A stretch of 64,000 nt of DNA from positions 15,295-79,294 of the forward strand of contig CAKQJE010000009.1 of assembly GCA_934247225.1 (NCBI GenBank). The letters are read 5' to 3'. The notes under the pieces are model-generated. The model was not told the origin of the DNA and searched no databases. It worked only from the letters and a program-made list of their open reading frames with translations. The position numbers and the translations under genes are program-made. Below are positions 21,756-34,379 of this stretch, piece after piece. The DNA is from an uncultured Clostridia bacterium. GTDB taxonomy: Bacteria > Bacillota > Clostridia > Christensenellales > Borkfalkiaceae. Each line of letters starts with the position of its first letter. Positions within the stretch are counted from its first letter, which is position 1.

Positions 21756-22803
21756 TGAAGTCTTTTAACCTCTTGCTTCTCGACGGGTGACGGAGTTTTC
21801 TCAAAGCTTTCGCTTCTATCTGTCTTATTCTTTCTCTCGTTACGTTGAATTCCTTGCCGACTTCTTCCAACGTCCTCGGTTTTCCGTCGTCGATACCGTA
21901 ACGAAGCCTTAAAACCTTTTCTTCGCGCGGGGTGAGCGTGTCGAGAACGTTTATAAGCTGTTCTTTAAGCATGGAACCCGCGACGACGTCCGTCGGAGCG
22001 GCGCTCTGCTCGTCCTCGATAAAGTCGCCGAGGTGGCTGTCCTCTTCCTCGCCGATAGGCGTTTCCAAAGACACGGGATCCTGCGCGATCTTCTGAATTT
22101 CTATAACTCTCGACTCCGGGATACCCATTTCCTTTGCGATTTCCTCGGGCGTGGGTTCTCTGCCGTATTCCTGCAACAAAATTCTCGAAACTCTGCCGAC
22201 TTTGTTTATCGTTTCAACCATATGAACGGGAATTCTTATCGTTCTCGCCTGGTCTGCGATCGCTCTCGTAATGGCTTGTCTTATCCACCAGGTGGCGTAA
22301 GTCGAAAATTTAAACCCTTTCTGATAATCGAACTTTTCCACGGCTTTCATCAAACCGAGATTGCCTTCCTGGATAAGATCGAGAAACTGCATACCCCTGC
22401 CGACGTATCTTTTGGCAATGGATACAACGAGACGAAGATTGGCTTCGGATAAAGCTCTTTTCGCGTCTTCGTCGCCGTCCATCATCTTTTTTGCAAGGTC
22501 AATCTCGTCGTCGGCGGAAAGAAGGGGGACTTTACCGATATCTTTGAGATACATTTTGACGGGGTCGTCCATACTGATCTCTTTGATGATCTGCTCGTAA
22601 AGCTCCTTATCTTTTTCGTAGTCGTCGATTATTTTTATCTTGTTTTCTTCGAGCGCCCTGTACACCTCGTCTATCTGAGAAGGGTCGGTATCGTACTTTT
22701 CGAGTCTGTCGCAAAGCGCGTCCGAGCCGATCGAGCCTTTCGATTTACATTCTTCCAGAATGCTCGTTATTATCTCTTGAAGTTGTTCGTCGCTGATCGC
22801 CAT
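21748..22803 (-). CDS. rpoD: Primary RNA polymerase sigma factor
   Basis: Region 2 ([14 protein letters not shown]) and region 4.2 ([29 protein letters not shown]); downstream of dnaG. Confidence 0.97.
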   Translation of the reverse strand: MAISDEQLQEIITSILEECKSKGSIGSDALCDRLEKYDTDPSQIDEVYRALEENKIKIIDDYEKDKELYEQIIKEISMDDPVKMYLKDIGKVPLLSADDEIDLAKKMMDGDEDAKRALSEANLRLVVSIAKRYVGRGMQFLDLIQEGNLGLMKAVEKFDYQKGFKFSTYATWWIRQAITRAIADQARTIRIPVHMVETINKVGRVSRILLQEYGREPTPEEIAKEMGIPESRVIEIQKIAQDPVSLETPIGEEEDSHLGDFIEDEQSAAPTDVVAGSMLKEQLINVLDTLTPREEKVLRLRYGIDDGKPRTLEEVGKEFNVTRERIRQIEAKALRKLRHPSRSKRLKDFIE

Positions 22804-22816
22804 AATTTATCCTCCG

Positions 22817-24604
22817 TTAGTATTTCGCAAGCTTCGCGGTTATCCCCGCGATAGCCGAAACTATTTCTTTTCTTTTTGCGGTGTCCGTTTCCGTTTTGAA
22901 CACCTCGTTTAACTGCGCGAGTTCGCTTTCGAGTTTGTTTTTCATTATAAGCGAAACGCAATCGGTAAAATATCTCGCTTCTCCGTCGCTTCCGAACACG
23001 TTGTCGCCGCTCGACAAAACCGCGTTGAGTTCGGCAAGCTCGTCTTCCGACAAAGCCGCGGAAACGGATGCAGGAAACAGTCTCGTTCCGTTTTCTCTGC
23101 TTTCGGTTACCATATCCGCGATTTTATTCCTTACGGGACTGCCGAATTCGTAGCCGTAAAGATTAAAACTTTTCGCATAAGACTTATCGAAAAGCGCGGC
23201 GCAAAGAACAAACCTTTCCGCGTTGGTTATTCCGTCCTTGCTTTCGGGAATTTCCTTAGGCTCGTCTGTTTCGGGGGTTTTACCCGAAATAAGGCTTTCC
23301 GCGTCGCGGCGAAGAGATTCGTAAGTCGTATCCGTGTCCTTACCGAGTTTTCTTAAAAGATCTTCTCTTTCGCTTTCGGTCGGTCTTTCGGCGATGACTT
23401 TGATAGCCTCCGCGATATATTTACGTTTGCCCGAAGTGTCGTTTAAATTATACTCTTTTTTCAGGTTGCGGATTTTAAAATCGACGAGCGGCAGACTTTC
23501 GTCCAGAAGTTTTCCGTATGCCTCCGCACCGAATTTTTTTATAACGTCGTCGGGATCGAGACCTTCGGGAAGAGTTACGACCCTTACTTCGAGACCTTCT
23601 TTTTGAAGAATTTCAAGTCCTCTTACCGTGGCTTTCTGTCCCGCTCCGTCGCCGTCGTAACTTATAAGCACGGTGCCCGCGTAGCGTTTCAGAAGCCTCG
23701 CTTGTTCGACCGTGAGCGACGTTCCCATCGACGCAACCACGTTTTTAAAGCCTGCGTTGTATACGGAAATCGCGTCCATATACCCCTCGACCATAATTAT
23801 TTTGGTGAGTCCGTTTTTGGCTTTTTCTTTCTTTAAGTTGTTTATATTGTAAAGCGTTCTGTTCTTGATGAACAGTTCCGTTTCCTGTGTGTTTTTATAT
23901 TTAGCGAAGTTCGGTTTCTTTTCGAGAAGTCTTCCTCCGAAAGCTATAACCGAACCGAGGTTGTTGATTATCGGAATTATGAGTCTGCCCCATAACGCGT
24001 CGAAAACATAGGACGAACCGTCTTCTCTCGTCTTTTTCTGGCACACGCCGCATTTGAGCATTTCGTCTTCCGTATACCCTTTCGATTTAAGGTATCTCGG
24101 GAGAGAAAACATATCCACGGACGCGCCTATTCCGAAAGCCGTGACGGTGCGTTTTTCTATGCCCCTGTACGCAAGATATTCGTTATGAGCCTGCGCTTTT
24201 TCGCTCGCGAGATTGTGAACGTAATAAAGCGCCGAATCTTTCATAAGCGAAAGGAGTCTGTCTCTCGACTGCTTGTCCGATTCACGTTTTTTGAAATCCC
24301 TGTCGTCGTCCGGCATTGCCATACCGGCGTTCTCGGCAAGATATCTCACCGCCCCGACGTAATCGAGATTTTCGATAGTTCTGATAAAGGTTATAACGTC
24401 GCCGCCTCTGCCGCATCCGAAGCATTTGAAAAACTGCCCCGCTTCGTTCACCGTGAACGACGGAGTTTTTTCCGAATGTCCGGGAAGAGGACAGCACGCC
24501 CAATGACTGCTGCCGCGTTTTTTCAAAACGCAGTATTTTCCCACTATATCGACAATATTGTTTTTAAGTTTTAATTCCTCTATAAACTTTTCGTCGAAAG
24601 CCAT
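22817..24604 (-). CDS. dnaG: DNA primase
   Basis: Zinc-binding domain (CCPLPGHSEKTPSFTV...FKCFGCGRGGD) and Toprim EGYMDAIS. Confidence 0.96.
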   Translation of the reverse strand: MAFDEKFIEELKLKNNIVDIVGKYCVLKKRGSSHWACCPLPGHSEKTPSFTVNEAGQFFKCFGCGRGGDVITFIRTIENLDYVGAVRYLAENAGMAMPDDDRDFKKRESDKQSRDRLLSLMKDSALYYVHNLASEKAQAHNEYLAYRGIEKRTVTAFGIGASVDMFSLPRYLKSKGYTEDEMLKCGVCQKKTREDGSSYVFDALWGRLIIPIINNLGSVIAFGGRLLEKKPNFAKYKNTQETELFIKNRTLYNINNLKKEKAKNGLTKIIMVEGYMDAISVYNAGFKNVVASMGTSLTVEQARLLKRYAGTVLISYDGDGAGQKATVRGLEILQKEGLEVRVVTLPEGLDPDDVIKKFGAEAYGKLLDESLPLVDFKIRNLKKEYNLNDTSGKRKYIAEAIKVIAERPTESEREDLLRKLGKDTDTTYESLRRDAESLISGKTPETDEPKEIPESKDGITNAERFVLCAALFDKSYAKSFNLYGYEFGSPVRNKIADMVTESRENGTRLFPASVSAALSEDELAELNAVLSSGDNVFGSDGEARYFTDCVSLIMKNKLESELAQLNEVFKTETDTAKRKEIVSAIAGITAKLAKY

Positions 24605-24653
24605 TTTCTTTATCTTTAAGCCGCGCGGATTTCAATCGTCCCGGGCGGCGCCT

Positions 24654-25640
24654 TTATCTTAAAATAAAATTTTTAGGAACAAATATTTCCTCGAAAGTAA
24701 AAACGGCGTATCTGTCCGTCATGCTCGATAAATAGTCGCACAAAACGGTGTCTTCGTCGTATTTATCCAATAGTTTCAGATAAAACTCGGGCAACTTTTC
24801 TTTATGATTTCTGAAATATTCGTACATTGCGGAAATCATTTCTCCCGCTCGCCCCTCTTCGGCTCTCGCCGCGGGAACGGTATACACGTTTTCAAACATA
24901 AAGTCGCGGAGTTTTTCGGTCGCTTCCTTTTTTTCTTCTTCCATTAAAACGTCGTTTTTTCCATACGATTCTTTGTAAATGGAAGTTATCATCGAGTTTA
25001 TTCTTTCCCTCGACGTTTCGCCGAGAATTTTTCTTTCTTTTTGCGGTAAATCGTCCTCGGTGATAATGCCCGCTCTTATCGCGTCGTCTATATCGTGATT
25101 AAGATAAGCGATTCTGTCCGAAAGGGATACTATTTTCCCTTCGAGAGTATGGGGATGCCCCGATTTTTTATGCTCGACGATGCCGTCTCTTACCTCGTAT
25201 GTAAGATTAAGATCTTCGAGTACGTCCACAACCCTTAACGACTGAACGTTATGCTCGAAACCTTTCGGGTTTAATTTGGCAAGCACTCTCTCCCCCGAAT
25301 GACCGAAAGGAGTATGCCCGAGATCGTGACCGAGCGCAATCGCTTCGGCTAAATCCTCGTTTAAATCGAGACAGCGCGCTATGGAACGAGCGACCTGCGC
25401 AACGTCGAGCGTGTGCGTAAGTCTCGTCATATAATGATCGCCCTCGGGCGAAAAGAAAACCTGCGTTTTGTTTTTCAGTCTTCTGAAAGTTTTGGAATAA
25501 ATTATTCTGTCTCTGTCACGCTGAAAATCCGTGCGCATGGGGCACGGTTCTTCGTATCTTAAACGCCCTTTGGAATTATCCGAAAAAGTCGCATACGGAG
25601 AAAAAAACTGTTTCTCTTTTAAAAACGTTTTCTCTTTCAT
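24654..25640 (-). CDS. dGTP triphosphohydrolase-like HD-domain protein
   Basis: RLTHTLDVAQVARSIA and GHDLGHTPFGH motifs. Confidence 0.88.
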   Translation of the reverse strand: MKEKTFLKEKQFFSPYATFSDNSKGRLRYEEPCPMRTDFQRDRDRIIYSKTFRRLKNKTQVFFSPEGDHYMTRLTHTLDVAQVARSIARCLDLNEDLAEAIALGHDLGHTPFGHSGERVLAKLNPKGFEHNVQSLRVVDVLEDLNLTYEVRDGIVEHKKSGHPHTLEGKIVSLSDRIAYLNHDIDDAIRAGIITEDDLPQKERKILGETSRERINSMITSIYKESYGKNDVLMEEEKKEATEKLRDFMFENVYTVPAARAEEGRAGEMISAMYEYFRNHKEKLPEFYLKLLDKYDEDTVLCDYLSSMTDRYAVFTFEEIFVPKNFILR

Positions 25641-25743
25641 TGTAACCCCCGATATAATCTATATAAATATTATACAATTTTTTTTCGCGATTTCCCTTTT
25701 TTTTCGGGTGAATAACCGATAATTATTATCTCGCGACGGGCTG

Positions 25744-26454
25744 TCAGATAACTTCTCCGCCCGAAACGTTAAGCGTTATACCCGTTACGAAATCTGCTTC
25801 GGCAAGATAAACGGCGGCTTTCGCCACGTCCGACGGAGTCCCGAATTTCGAAAGCGGTATATCTTCTTTTATGAGTTTTTTATCGCTTTCGGAAAATGCG
25901 GAATTCATTTTCGTTTCGATATACCCGGGAGCAATAGCGTTCACGCGGATATTCGCGCCCGCAAGCTCTTTCGCCAATGCTTTCGTGAACCCGATCGCCG
26001 CGGCTTTCGTCGCCGAATACACAGCCTCGCACGAACCTCCGCTTATCCCCCACATAGACGAAATGTTGATTATCGCTCCGCCTTTTTCGAGCATATGCGG
26101 CAAAACGGCTTTCGTAACGAGAAAAACCCCTTTCATATTGACGTCGAACGCTTGGTCGTACTCTTTCTCCGAAACGTCGAGAATGGTTTTTATCGGAAGA
26201 GCCGTTCCCGCGCAATTTACGAGAACGCTTATTTCGCCGTGACGACTCGCGAAAGTTTCAACCGCTTCCGTTACGGAGGAAGAGTCGGATACGTCGATTT
26301 TTATCGCTGTTCCGCCGATTTTTTTCGCGAGGTCTTCCGCGGCTGCTTTGTTGCCGTTATACCCCACGCCGACGAAACAACCTTTTTTCGCGAATTCTTC
26401 GCAAATTTTTTCGCCTATTCCGCCCGAACCGCCCGTTACGAAAACGTTTTTCAT
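25744..26454 (-). CDS. SDR family oxidoreductase (FabG-like)
   Basis: TGGSGGIG Rossmann motif and catalytic YSATK. Confidence 0.85.
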   Translation of the reverse strand: MKNVFVTGGSGGIGEKICEEFAKKGCFVGVGYNGNKAAAEDLAKKIGGTAIKIDVSDSSSVTEAVETFASRHGEISVLVNCAGTALPIKTILDVSEKEYDQAFDVNMKGVFLVTKAVLPHMLEKGGAIINISSMWGISGGSCEAVYSATKAAAIGFTKALAKELAGANIRVNAIAPGYIETKMNSAFSESDKKLIKEDIPLSKFGTPSDVAKAAVYLAEADFVTGITLNVSGGEVI

Positions 26455-26520
26455 TGTCGCTTACTCCTTTTTTAATTCCGTATCGAATATCGCTCTTAAA
26501 ACGCCTGTTTTTAAATACGC

Positions 26521-26562
26521 AAAAATCGGACGGCATATTTTTGAGCTTTGCTGCCGTCCGAA
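26521..26562 (-). terminator. Rho-independent terminator after efp
   Basis: Minus strand has a TCGGACGGCA / TGCCGTCCGA 10-bp stem followed by TTTTTGCG. Confidence 0.75.
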
Positions 26563-26585
26563 ATTGTGACTTTTTTTATAAAAAA

Positions 26586-27146
26586 TTATTTCTTTACTCT
26601 TTCCATGTATTCGCCGGTACGAGTGTCTACTCTGATCACTTCACCCTCGTTTACGAACATGGGAACCTGAATTTCAACGCCCGTTTCGAGCTTTGCTCTC
26701 TTGGTGGCGTTGGTTGCGGTATTGCCGGCTACTCCGGGTTCGGACTCGGTTACGAGAAGTTCGACGAAGTTTTCGCAATCAACGGAGAAAGCCTTTCCTT
26801 TATAGAACTTAACGGTTACGGGATCGTTTTCCTTGATCCACTTCAAAGCTTCTTCAACCTGATCGTAGGTAAGAGGCTCCATATTGTATTCCTCGTCCAT
26901 AAAGTAATAGAATTCGCCGTCGTTATACGAATAAGTCATCTTCTTGGTTTCGATGACGGCGTTTTCGAATTTTTCGGTGGGGTTGAAAGTAATCTGCAAC
27001 GTCTTTCCTTCGACAACGTTTTTAAGCGTCGTTCTTACGAACGCCGCGCCCTTTCCGGGTTTTACGTGAAGAAAGTCGACAACGGTGTAAACCTTTCCCT
27101 CGTATTCGATAGTGACGCCTTTTCTTAAATCGCCTGCAAGTACCAT
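26586..27146 (-). CDS. efp: Elongation factor P
   Basis: 186 aa with the [15 protein letters not shown] loop. Confidence 0.97.
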   Translation of the reverse strand: MVLAGDLRKGVTIEYEGKVYTVVDFLHVKPGKGAAFVRTTLKNVVEGKTLQITFNPTEKFENAVIETKKMTYSYNDGEFYYFMDEEYNMEPLTYDQVEEALKWIKENDPVTVKFYKGKAFSVDCENFVELLVTESEPGVAGNTATNATKRAKLETGVEIQVPMFVNEGEVIRVDTRTGEYMERVKK

Positions 27147-27169
27147 AAAATAATCTCCTTAAACTTTTC

Positions 27170-28234
27170 TTATTTGTAAAGCTTTTCTCTTTTAATCTTA
27201 TCGCCGCCGAGAATTACGAGCGACTTGTCGTCTTTCATAAACGTTTTGTATTTTCCGTTTTCGAGGTGACAACTGTCCTCTATTCTTATACCGAACTTAC
27301 CGTTGATATAAACGCCGGGTTCGTTCGAAAATACCATATTGTTTTTAAGCTCCGCTTCGCCTCTCGGAGAGAGATAAGGATATTCGTGAATATTCACGCC
27401 TATGCCGTGACCGAGCGAATGAGTGAAATATTTGCCGTAACCGAGCGAATCAAGAACGTCTCTCGCGATTTTATCGGCTTCTTTTCCGAGCATTCCCTCG
27501 TGAATTCCTTCCGCGGCTTTCATGTGCGCCGTGAGAACGGCGAGATATGCCTTTTTGAAATCTTCCGAAGGAGTTCCGTAGAACATCGTTCTCGTCATAT
27601 CGGAGCAATATCCTTTATAAAGACAACCGAAATCCATAAGAACGCATTCGTCCTTTTTAAGCTTCGTATCCCCCGTTTCGTGATGCGGAACGGCGGCGTT
27701 TTTTCCGAAAGCTACGATCGTGTCGAACGAAGTTCCCGAAGCGCCTCTTTTCTTGAAGTTATATTCGAGTTCGTTCGCGACTTCTCTTTCGGTTACGCCT
27801 TCTTTTATAAAGGGAATCGTGTCGAGCCATGCCTTTTCGGCTATGTCGCACGCTTTTTGTATGTATTTTAATTCTTCTTCCGTTTTGACCGACATAAGAT
27901 CACGGATTTCTGCCGACGCGTCGACATATTCGAAGCCGAGCTTTTTCAGCGTTTCGAATTCCGCAAGCGTGATCGTCGTGAAATCGATCGCAACCTTTTT
28001 ATATCCGTTCTCCTCGGCGACTTTCGTAAGGAAAGAATAATCCGAACCGAGAACGACTTCTATTCCCTTGGGCTTCAAAGCCTTTTCCGCCGCTTTTAAG
28101 TATCTGTTATCGACGACGAACGACGTTTTGTCCTTCGTTATGACGATATAACCCGCGGTGCTGTGAAAACCTAAAAAGTAAGTTCTTTGTTTTTCGTCCG
28201 TTATAAGAGCGATTTCATAGTTATTAAAGTTCAT
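27170..28234 (-). CDS. Xaa-Pro aminopeptidase (M24 family)
   Basis: HSLGHGIGVNIHE and NEPGVY motifs. Start moved to ATG 28234, which has a GTGAGG RBS 6 nt upstream; the track uses an upstream GTG. Confidence 0.88.
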   Translation of the reverse strand: MNFNNYEIALITDEKQRTYFLGFHSTAGYIVITKDKTSFVVDNRYLKAAEKALKPKGIEVVLGSDYSFLTKVAEENGYKKVAIDFTTITLAEFETLKKLGFEYVDASAEIRDLMSVKTEEELKYIQKACDIAEKAWLDTIPFIKEGVTEREVANELEYNFKKRGASGTSFDTIVAFGKNAAVPHHETGDTKLKKDECVLMDFGCLYKGYCSDMTRTMFYGTPSEDFKKAYLAVLTAHMKAAEGIHEGMLGKEADKIARDVLDSLGYGKYFTHSLGHGIGVNIHEYPYLSPRGEAELKNNMVFSNEPGVYINGKFGIRIEDSCHLENGKYKTFMKDDKSLVILGGDKIKREKLYK

Positions 28235-28336
28235 ATTATGCCTCACTCACTCATTTATTTATTTTAACACTTTTATCCTTTTCAGTCAATAAAAATAAAC
28301 GTGTTTCGTATGTTTTTTCGTTATTATCGACCTTTT

Positions 28337-28786
28337 TTAATCGTTATTTTCCGCTTTAACGCCGTTTTCGGGCTGTTTAGGCGTGTAACGATAGCTCATT
28401 TTCTTTAAATTTTCGGCGTTGATTCTGTTTATTTCCGCTTTGTATCTTTCTATTTTGCGAAACTCGGCGGGTTTTATGACGGTGTGCCATAAAACGAAAC
28501 CTATTAAAAGCGCGCCGTAAAGACACGAATAAACTATAAATTTAACCGTGCTGTACGGATTTTCGCTCCCGTATAAAACGATGAACGAAACTAAAATCAC
28601 CGCATACGCAAGCGACAGGAATATAAGGGTTATCAAAAAAGAAGTCGATAACGCCTTGCACATATCCGTTATTTTCGGAATCTGCGAAGCATAGTAATTT
28701 CTTTCGCCCTGCTCTTTCTTCTTCCGCTCTTCTTTCGCACTGAATTTAACCGTCTGTTTTTTCTTGTTATATTCGTCTCTTATCAT
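28337..28786 (-). CDS. Hypothetical membrane protein (2-3 TM) coupled to uvrA
   Basis: 149-aa ORF whose start overlaps the uvrA stop by 4 nt. Lys/Glu-rich N- and C-termini flank the hydrophobic segments. Confidence 0.55.
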   Translation of the reverse strand: MIRDEYNKKKQTVKFSAKEERKKKEQGERNYYASQIPKITDMCKALSTSFLITLIFLSLAYAVILVSFIVLYGSENPYSTVKFIVYSCLYGALLIGFVLWHTVIKPAEFRKIERYKAEINRINAENLKKMSYRYTPKQPENGVKAENND

Positions 28787-31611
28787 TTGTTCTGCCCTCC
28801 GAGCATCTTTTTAAGGAACTGCCCCGTGTAACTGTTTTTGTTTTCGGCAACCTGTTCGGGCGACCCTTCCGCGATAACCGTTCCGCCGCCTTCGCCGCCT
28901 TCGGGACCTAAATCCACGATATAATCGGCGACTTTTATGATGTCGAGATTATGTTCGATAACTATAACCGTATTGCCGGAATCTCTGAGCCTGTCGAGAA
29001 TGTTTATAAGCTTATCGACGTCGTAACTGTGAAGACCCGTCGTCGGCTCGTCGAGAACGTAAAGAGTTTTGCCCGTCGAGCGCTTGGAAAGTTCCGTCGC
29101 CAGCTTGACTCTTTGCGCTTCGCCGCCCGAAAGGGTGGTTGCGGGTTGTCCGAGTTTTATATATCCGAGACCTACGTCCTGCAAAGTTTTTATCTTATTG
29201 TAAATTCTCGGTATGTTTTCGAAGTATTCCACGGCTTCGTCTACCGTCATATCGAGTACGTCGGCAATGTTTTTGCCTTTAAACTTAACCTCGAGCGTTT
29301 CGTGATTGTATCTCTTACCCTTGCACTGTTCGCACGGAACGAAAACGTCGGGAAGAAAGTGCATTTCGATTTTTATGATACCGTCGCCCTGGCATTTTTC
29401 GCATCTGCCGCCCGCCACGTTGAATGAAAATCTTCCGGCTTTATACCCTCTTTCCTTTGCGTCGTTGGACGCGGCGAAAATTTCGCGGATGTAGGTAAAC
29501 GCGCCCGTGTAAGTCGCGGCGTTCGATCTCGGCGTTCTGCCTATCGGCGACTGATCTATCGCTATTACCTTGTCGAAATAATTCACGCCTTCGACTTTGT
29601 CGCATTTTCCGTAACGGATTTTCGAGCCGTTGAGTTCGTTGGACATTATCGGCAGCAACACTTCGTTCACGAGCGAACTTTTTCCGCTGCCCGAAACGCC
29701 CGTTACCGCCGTAAACAACCCAACGGGAAATTTTACGTTTATGTTTTTAAGATTGTTCTGCTTTGCTCCGAAAACTTCGAGCCATCTGCCGTCAGGTTCT
29801 TTTCTTAACAGCGGAATTTCTATTTTTCTTCTTCCCGAAAGGTAATCGCCCGTTATCGAGCGCGGCTCTTTGCAAATATTTTCGACGCTCCCAGCCGCGA
29901 CGACCTCGCCGCCGTGAACGCCCGCTTTCGGACCGATGTCGACTATATAATCCGCCGCCCGCATCGTGTCTTCGTCGTGTTCGACGACGATTACGGTGTT
30001 TCCGAGATCTCTTAAATGCAAAAGCGTTTTTATAAGCTTTTCGTTATCTCTCTGATGAAGACCGATGCTCGGCTCGTCGAGAATATACAAAACGCCCGTA
30101 AGTCCGCTGCCTATCTGCGTTGCGAGCCTTATTCTCTGCGCTTCGCCGCCCGAAAGCGTTCCCGCGCTTCTCGAAAGCGTAAGGTATCCGAGACCTACGT
30201 CCGTGAGAAATTTCAGCCTTGCTTTTATTTCTTTGACTATCGGCGCGGCTATTATTTTCTGCGTGTCGCTTAAAACGAGTCCGTCGATAAATTCGTTGAT
30301 TTTAACAACCGACATATCGCACAGCTCGGCGATATTAAGACTTCCGACCGTTACCGCGAGCGCCTCTTTTTTAAGCCTTAATCCGTGACACACGGGGCAA
30401 GGCGAGCTTACCATATACTTCTCGATTTCGCTCTTGGTATAATCGCTCGTCGTTTCCCTGTATCTTCTTTCGAGATTGTTTATAACCCCCTCGAAAGCCG
30501 AGTCGTAACTTCCCGAGAACGTTCTCGTGGAATAACTCATTTTTATCTTTTCTCCGCCCGTGCCGTACAAAAGCATATGCATAACGTCGGCAGGCAGATT
30601 TTTAACGGGCGTGTCGAGACTGAACCCGTAATGACGGGAAAGCGAACGGAAATACATTTCGGTCATTCTGCCCGTATCGAGATTCCAGCCCGTTACGGTG
30701 AGCGCGCCCTCTCTCAAAGATCTGTTCGGGTCGCCGATAACGAGCTGCTCGTCTATTCTCGTCGTGTAACCGAGTCCTTTACATTCGGGACAAGCTCCGA
30801 ACGGGTTGTTGAACGAAAATAATCTCGGTTCTATCTCTTCTATCGATATTCCGCAATCCGGACAACTGTAATTCGTCGAATAAAGCGTGGTTTTTCCGTC
30901 GCACTCTATCGCGACGAGTCCTTCGGCGAGTTTTAAAGCCGTCTCTAAGCTATCCGTAAGTCTTTTTCTTATTCCGCTTTTTACGATCAGTCTGTCCACG
31001 ACCACGGAAATATTGTGTTTTATGTTTTTATCGAGTTTGATTTCTTCCGACAAATCGAAAACCGAGCCGTCTATCTCTATTCTCGCATAGCCGCTCTTTC
31101 TGTAACTTTCGATTTGCTTCGAATATTCGCCCTTTCTGCCTCTTACGACAGGCGCGTTCACGAGGATTTTCGACCCCTCCGCCATTTCGAGAACCTTTTC
31201 CGCAATCGAGTCGACGGTCGTTTTTTCTATAACTCTTCCGCACTTAGGACAATGCGGCACGCCCGTACGAGCGTATAAAAGCCTTAAATAATCGTAAATT
31301 TCCGTTACGGTTCCGACGGTTGAACGCGGATTGTTCGACGTTGTTTTCTGGTCTATGGATATGGACGGAGACAAACCCTCTATGCTTTCCACGTCCGGCT
31401 TTTCCATCTGTCCCAAAAACATTCTCGCGTAGCTCGAAAGGCTTTCCATATACTTTCTCTGCCCTTCTGCGAAAATGGTGTCGAAAGCAAGCGTGGATTT
31501 ACCGCTGCCCGACAGACCCGTGAACACCACGAGTTTATCCCTCGGGATATCGAGACTGATATTTTTAAGGTTGTTTTCCTTAGCTCCTTTTATTCTTATA
31601 TAGTTCTGCAT
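28783..31611 (-). CDS. uvrA: Excinuclease ABC subunit A
   Basis: 942 aa with two ABC modules ([23 protein letters not shown]) and zinc modules (CPKCG, CPDCG...CPECKG). Confidence 0.98.
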   Translation of the reverse strand: MQNYIRIKGAKENNLKNISLDIPRDKLVVFTGLSGSGKSTLAFDTIFAEGQRKYMESLSSYARMFLGQMEKPDVESIEGLSPSISIDQKTTSNNPRSTVGTVTEIYDYLRLLYARTGVPHCPKCGRVIEKTTVDSIAEKVLEMAEGSKILVNAPVVRGRKGEYSKQIESYRKSGYARIEIDGSVFDLSEEIKLDKNIKHNISVVVDRLIVKSGIRKRLTDSLETALKLAEGLVAIECDGKTTLYSTNYSCPDCGISIEEIEPRLFSFNNPFGACPECKGLGYTTRIDEQLVIGDPNRSLREGALTVTGWNLDTGRMTEMYFRSLSRHYGFSLDTPVKNLPADVMHMLLYGTGGEKIKMSYSTRTFSGSYDSAFEGVINNLERRYRETTSDYTKSEIEKYMVSSPCPVCHGLRLKKEALAVTVGSLNIAELCDMSVVKINEFIDGLVLSDTQKIIAAPIVKEIKARLKFLTDVGLGYLTLSRSAGTLSGGEAQRIRLATQIGSGLTGVLYILDEPSIGLHQRDNEKLIKTLLHLRDLGNTVIVVEHDEDTMRAADYIVDIGPKAGVHGGEVVAAGSVENICKEPRSITGDYLSGRRKIEIPLLRKEPDGRWLEVFGAKQNNLKNINVKFPVGLFTAVTGVSGSGKSSLVNEVLLPIMSNELNGSKIRYGKCDKVEGVNYFDKVIAIDQSPIGRTPRSNAATYTGAFTYIREIFAASNDAKERGYKAGRFSFNVAGGRCEKCQGDGIIKIEMHFLPDVFVPCEQCKGKRYNHETLEVKFKGKNIADVLDMTVDEAVEYFENIPRIYNKIKTLQDVGLGYIKLGQPATTLSGGEAQRVKLATELSKRSTGKTLYVLDEPTTGLHSYDVDKLINILDRLRDSGNTVIVIEHNLDIIKVADYIVDLGPEGGEGGGTVIAEGSPEQVAENKNSYTGQFLKKMLGGQNK

Positions 31612-31649
31612 TTTTCGTTCGCTTCTTCTTTTTTCTCGGCTTTTTACGC

Positions 31650-33620
31650 TTATTTCATACTCGCCCGAAGTCTCTGTTTAAGCTTCGCTATCGTGTCCCT
31701 GAGTTCTATACATTTTTCGAAGTCCAGGTTTTTGGACGCGATTTTCATTATTGCCTGCAACTTCTCGATTTCGTCGGGAATATCCTTTGCCGCGATTTCT
31801 TTGGTTGCGTCGACCTTTTTGGAGATTTCGAGCGTGTTGGAAATCTTTTTGATTATGGTTTTCGGCGTTATGCCGTGTTTTTCGTTGTACTCCTGCTGAA
31901 TTTTACGTCTTCTTGCCGTTTCGTCGATCGCGCGGCGCATGGAGTCGGTGATTACGTCCGCGTACATTATAACTCTTCCCTCTGAGTTTCTCGCCGTTCT
32001 TCCTATCGTCTGAATAAGTGCGGTTTCGCTCCTTAAAAAGCCCTCTTTATCGGCGTCGAGAATGGCGACGAGTTTTACCTCGGGCAAATCGAGACCCTCT
32101 CTTAAAAGGTTGATGCCGACGAGAACGTCTATATCTCCGCGGCGAAGTTCCTGAATTATGTCTATTCTTTCAAGCGTATCGACGTCGCTGTGCATATATC
32201 TGACTTTTACCGATTGCTCTTTCAGAAAGTCGGTCAGACTTTCCGCCATACGCTTGGTTAAAGTCGTTACGAGTATTCTGCCGCCGCTTGCGATCACTTT
32301 GCCTATTTCGGATTGTAAATCGTCTATCTGCCCTTTCGTCGGGCGGACTTCTACCAAAGGATCCAGAAGCCCCGTCGGGCGGATTATCTGTTCGGCGTTG
32401 TTGTCCGAAACCGAAAGCTCGTATGGCGCGGGGGTCGCCGATATAAATATCGTCTGCCCTATTCTCGAATCGAATTCCTTGAACGTAAGCGGGCGGTTGT
32501 CGTAAGCCGATTTCAGCCTGAACCCGAAATCGACGAGATTCTGTTTTCTCGATCTGTCGCCGTTATACATCGCGCGGATCTGCGGCACCGTCATATGGCT
32601 TTCATCGATAAACGTTATGAAATTTTTTGGGAAATAATCTATAAGCGTGAACGGCGGATCTCCCGGTTTTCGCCCGTCGAAATATCTGCTGTAATTCTCC
32701 ACGCCGCTGCAATAGCCTATCTCGCGCATCATTTCGAGATCGTAGCTCGTTCTTTGCAAAAGCCTTTGAGCCTCCAAAAGCTTGTCCTGTTTTTTCAAAG
32801 CTTCGACTTCCTCTCTCATATCGGCTTCGATTCGTTTTAAAGAAGCTTCCATTTTTTCGTCGCCTACGGCGTAATGGCTCGCGGGGAAAATCGCAACGTG
32901 CGACAAACGCGAAATAGGTTTACCCGTGACGAAATCGCACTCGCTTATTTTTTCGACTTCGTCGCCGAAAAACTCCACGCGGATATAAACCGAGTCGTTA
33001 GAAGCGGGAAAAATCTCCACTACGTCGCCGCGAACGCGGAACGAAGCTCTCGTAAAATCTATGTCTTTCCTTTCGTACTGACGGGAAACGAGCTTACGCA
33101 TAAGTTCGTCGCGGTCGAGCGTGTCGCCTTCTCTTATGGAAACAGCCAGGGCAAAATACTCCTCGGGCGCGCCGAGTCCGTAAATACAAGAAACCGACGC
33201 GACGACTATTACGTCGTTACGCTCGGCTAAACTGCAAGTCGCGCTGTGGCGAAGCTTATCTATTTCGTCGTTTATCGAAAGGTCTTTTTCAATGTAAGTG
33301 TCCGTTGACGGAATGTACGATTCGGGTTGATAATAATCGTAATAGGACACGAAATATTCCACTCTGTTTTCGGGAAAAAACTCGCGGAACTCGTTGCAAA
33401 GCTGAGCCGCGAGAGTTTTGTTGTGAGCGATAACGAGGGCGGGGCGCTGAACGTTCTGAATTACGTTCGCCATTGTGAACGTTTTTCCGCTGCCCGTCAC
33501 GCCGACGAGAACCTGCGACCTCAATCCGTCCTCAATCCCCTCCGTCAGGCTTTTTATCGCCTCGGGCTGATCGCCCGTAGGTTTATATTCGGAATGTAAA
33601 ATAAATTTTCTTTTTTCCAT
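31650..33620 (-). CDS. uvrB: Excinuclease ABC subunit B
   Basis: [12 protein letters not shown] Walker A, DESH box and a C-terminal UVR domain. Confidence 0.98.
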   Translation of the reverse strand: MEKRKFILHSEYKPTGDQPEAIKSLTEGIEDGLRSQVLVGVTGSGKTFTMANVIQNVQRPALVIAHNKTLAAQLCNEFREFFPENRVEYFVSYYDYYQPESYIPSTDTYIEKDLSINDEIDKLRHSATCSLAERNDVIVVASVSCIYGLGAPEEYFALAVSIREGDTLDRDELMRKLVSRQYERKDIDFTRASFRVRGDVVEIFPASNDSVYIRVEFFGDEVEKISECDFVTGKPISRLSHVAIFPASHYAVGDEKMEASLKRIEADMREEVEALKKQDKLLEAQRLLQRTSYDLEMMREIGYCSGVENYSRYFDGRKPGDPPFTLIDYFPKNFITFIDESHMTVPQIRAMYNGDRSRKQNLVDFGFRLKSAYDNRPLTFKEFDSRIGQTIFISATPAPYELSVSDNNAEQIIRPTGLLDPLVEVRPTKGQIDDLQSEIGKVIASGGRILVTTLTKRMAESLTDFLKEQSVKVRYMHSDVDTLERIDIIQELRRGDIDVLVGINLLREGLDLPEVKLVAILDADKEGFLRSETALIQTIGRTARNSEGRVIMYADVITDSMRRAIDETARRRKIQQEYNEKHGITPKTIIKKISNTLEISKKVDATKEIAAKDIPDEIEKLQAIMKIASKNLDFEKCIELRDTIAKLKQRLRASMK

Positions 33621-33637
33621 CGTTAAAACAACCCGTC

Positions 33638-33991
33638 TTAAAACAATCCGTACAATATCTTAGTGACGATAAACGCGGTTACCGAGCCTAAAACGGCAAG
33701 CAGAATTTTAATCGCTATTCCGTTAGCGATCTCCCGCCTTTCGCGTTTGTAACAAAGCAATTTGTGCTTCGGGATAAAGCAAAGCGTATCTTCCTTGTCC
33801 TTTACGCACCTTATAAGATCGAAATAACCGTCGAGCGAGAGAGAATTAAGGGTTTTTCTGAGTTTTGGCAGGTCTTTTCCGCCCATTTTGCATAAGGACA
33901 GAAACTCCTTTTCGGACACCAGGCAACTCTCCCTTTCCCCGCAAACGCCGATCACGGCTTTCGCGACCGCCCTTTCCGCTCTCGTCAGCAT
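33638..33991 (-). CDS. Small tail-anchored protein, possible winged-helix N-domain
   Basis: 117 aa with a soluble ~85-aa N-domain ([20 protein letters not shown]) and a single C-terminal TM helix. 7-nt overlap with the upstream paralogue-like gene. Confidence 0.55.
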   Translation of the reverse strand: MLTRAERAVAKAVIGVCGERESCLVSEKEFLSLCKMGGKDLPKLRKTLNSLSLDGYFDLIRCVKDKEDTLCFIPKHKLLCYKRERREIANGIAIKILLAVLGSVTAFIVTKILYGLF

Positions 33992-34356
33992 AGCGCGGCA
34001 AACACCGCAATCCCCGCAAGCGCGCCCGAAAATCCGCCGAGGAATGCTATGAAAAATTTAAAAAACGCGTTATCTTTTTCGTCTTTTTCTCTGAAATCGT
34101 TTTCCGCCTGCGGCTTTTCGTCCGGTTTAGCGGTAAGACTTTTTCCGAGCGGCTTTATAAGCACGACGTCCTTATCCGAGTATTTTCTGTCGATATACCC
34201 CGACGTTATAAGCGAATCTATATAAGCGTTCAATTCCTCTTCCGTAACAGTTCCGTCGCCGCATTTTTCGGCGAGTTTTTTACGGGAAAACAAATAATAT
34301 TTCCCCTTGCACTCGCTTTTTAAATACGACAACAAATCGTAGATTTTCTTTTCCAA
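33985..34356 (-). CDS. Small tail-anchored protein, possible winged-helix N-domain
   Basis: 123 aa with N-domain (LITSGYIDRKYSDKDVVLIKPLGK), an acidic linker and a C-terminal TM helix. Confidence 0.55.
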   Translation of the reverse strand: MEKKIYDLLSYLKSECKGKYYLFSRKKLAEKCGDGTVTEEELNAYIDSLITSGYIDRKYSDKDVVLIKPLGKSLTAKPDEKPQAENDFREKDEKDNAFFKFFIAFLGGFSGALAGIAVFAALC

Positions 34357-34379
34357 ATTTCTCCGTTTAAGTTTTTATA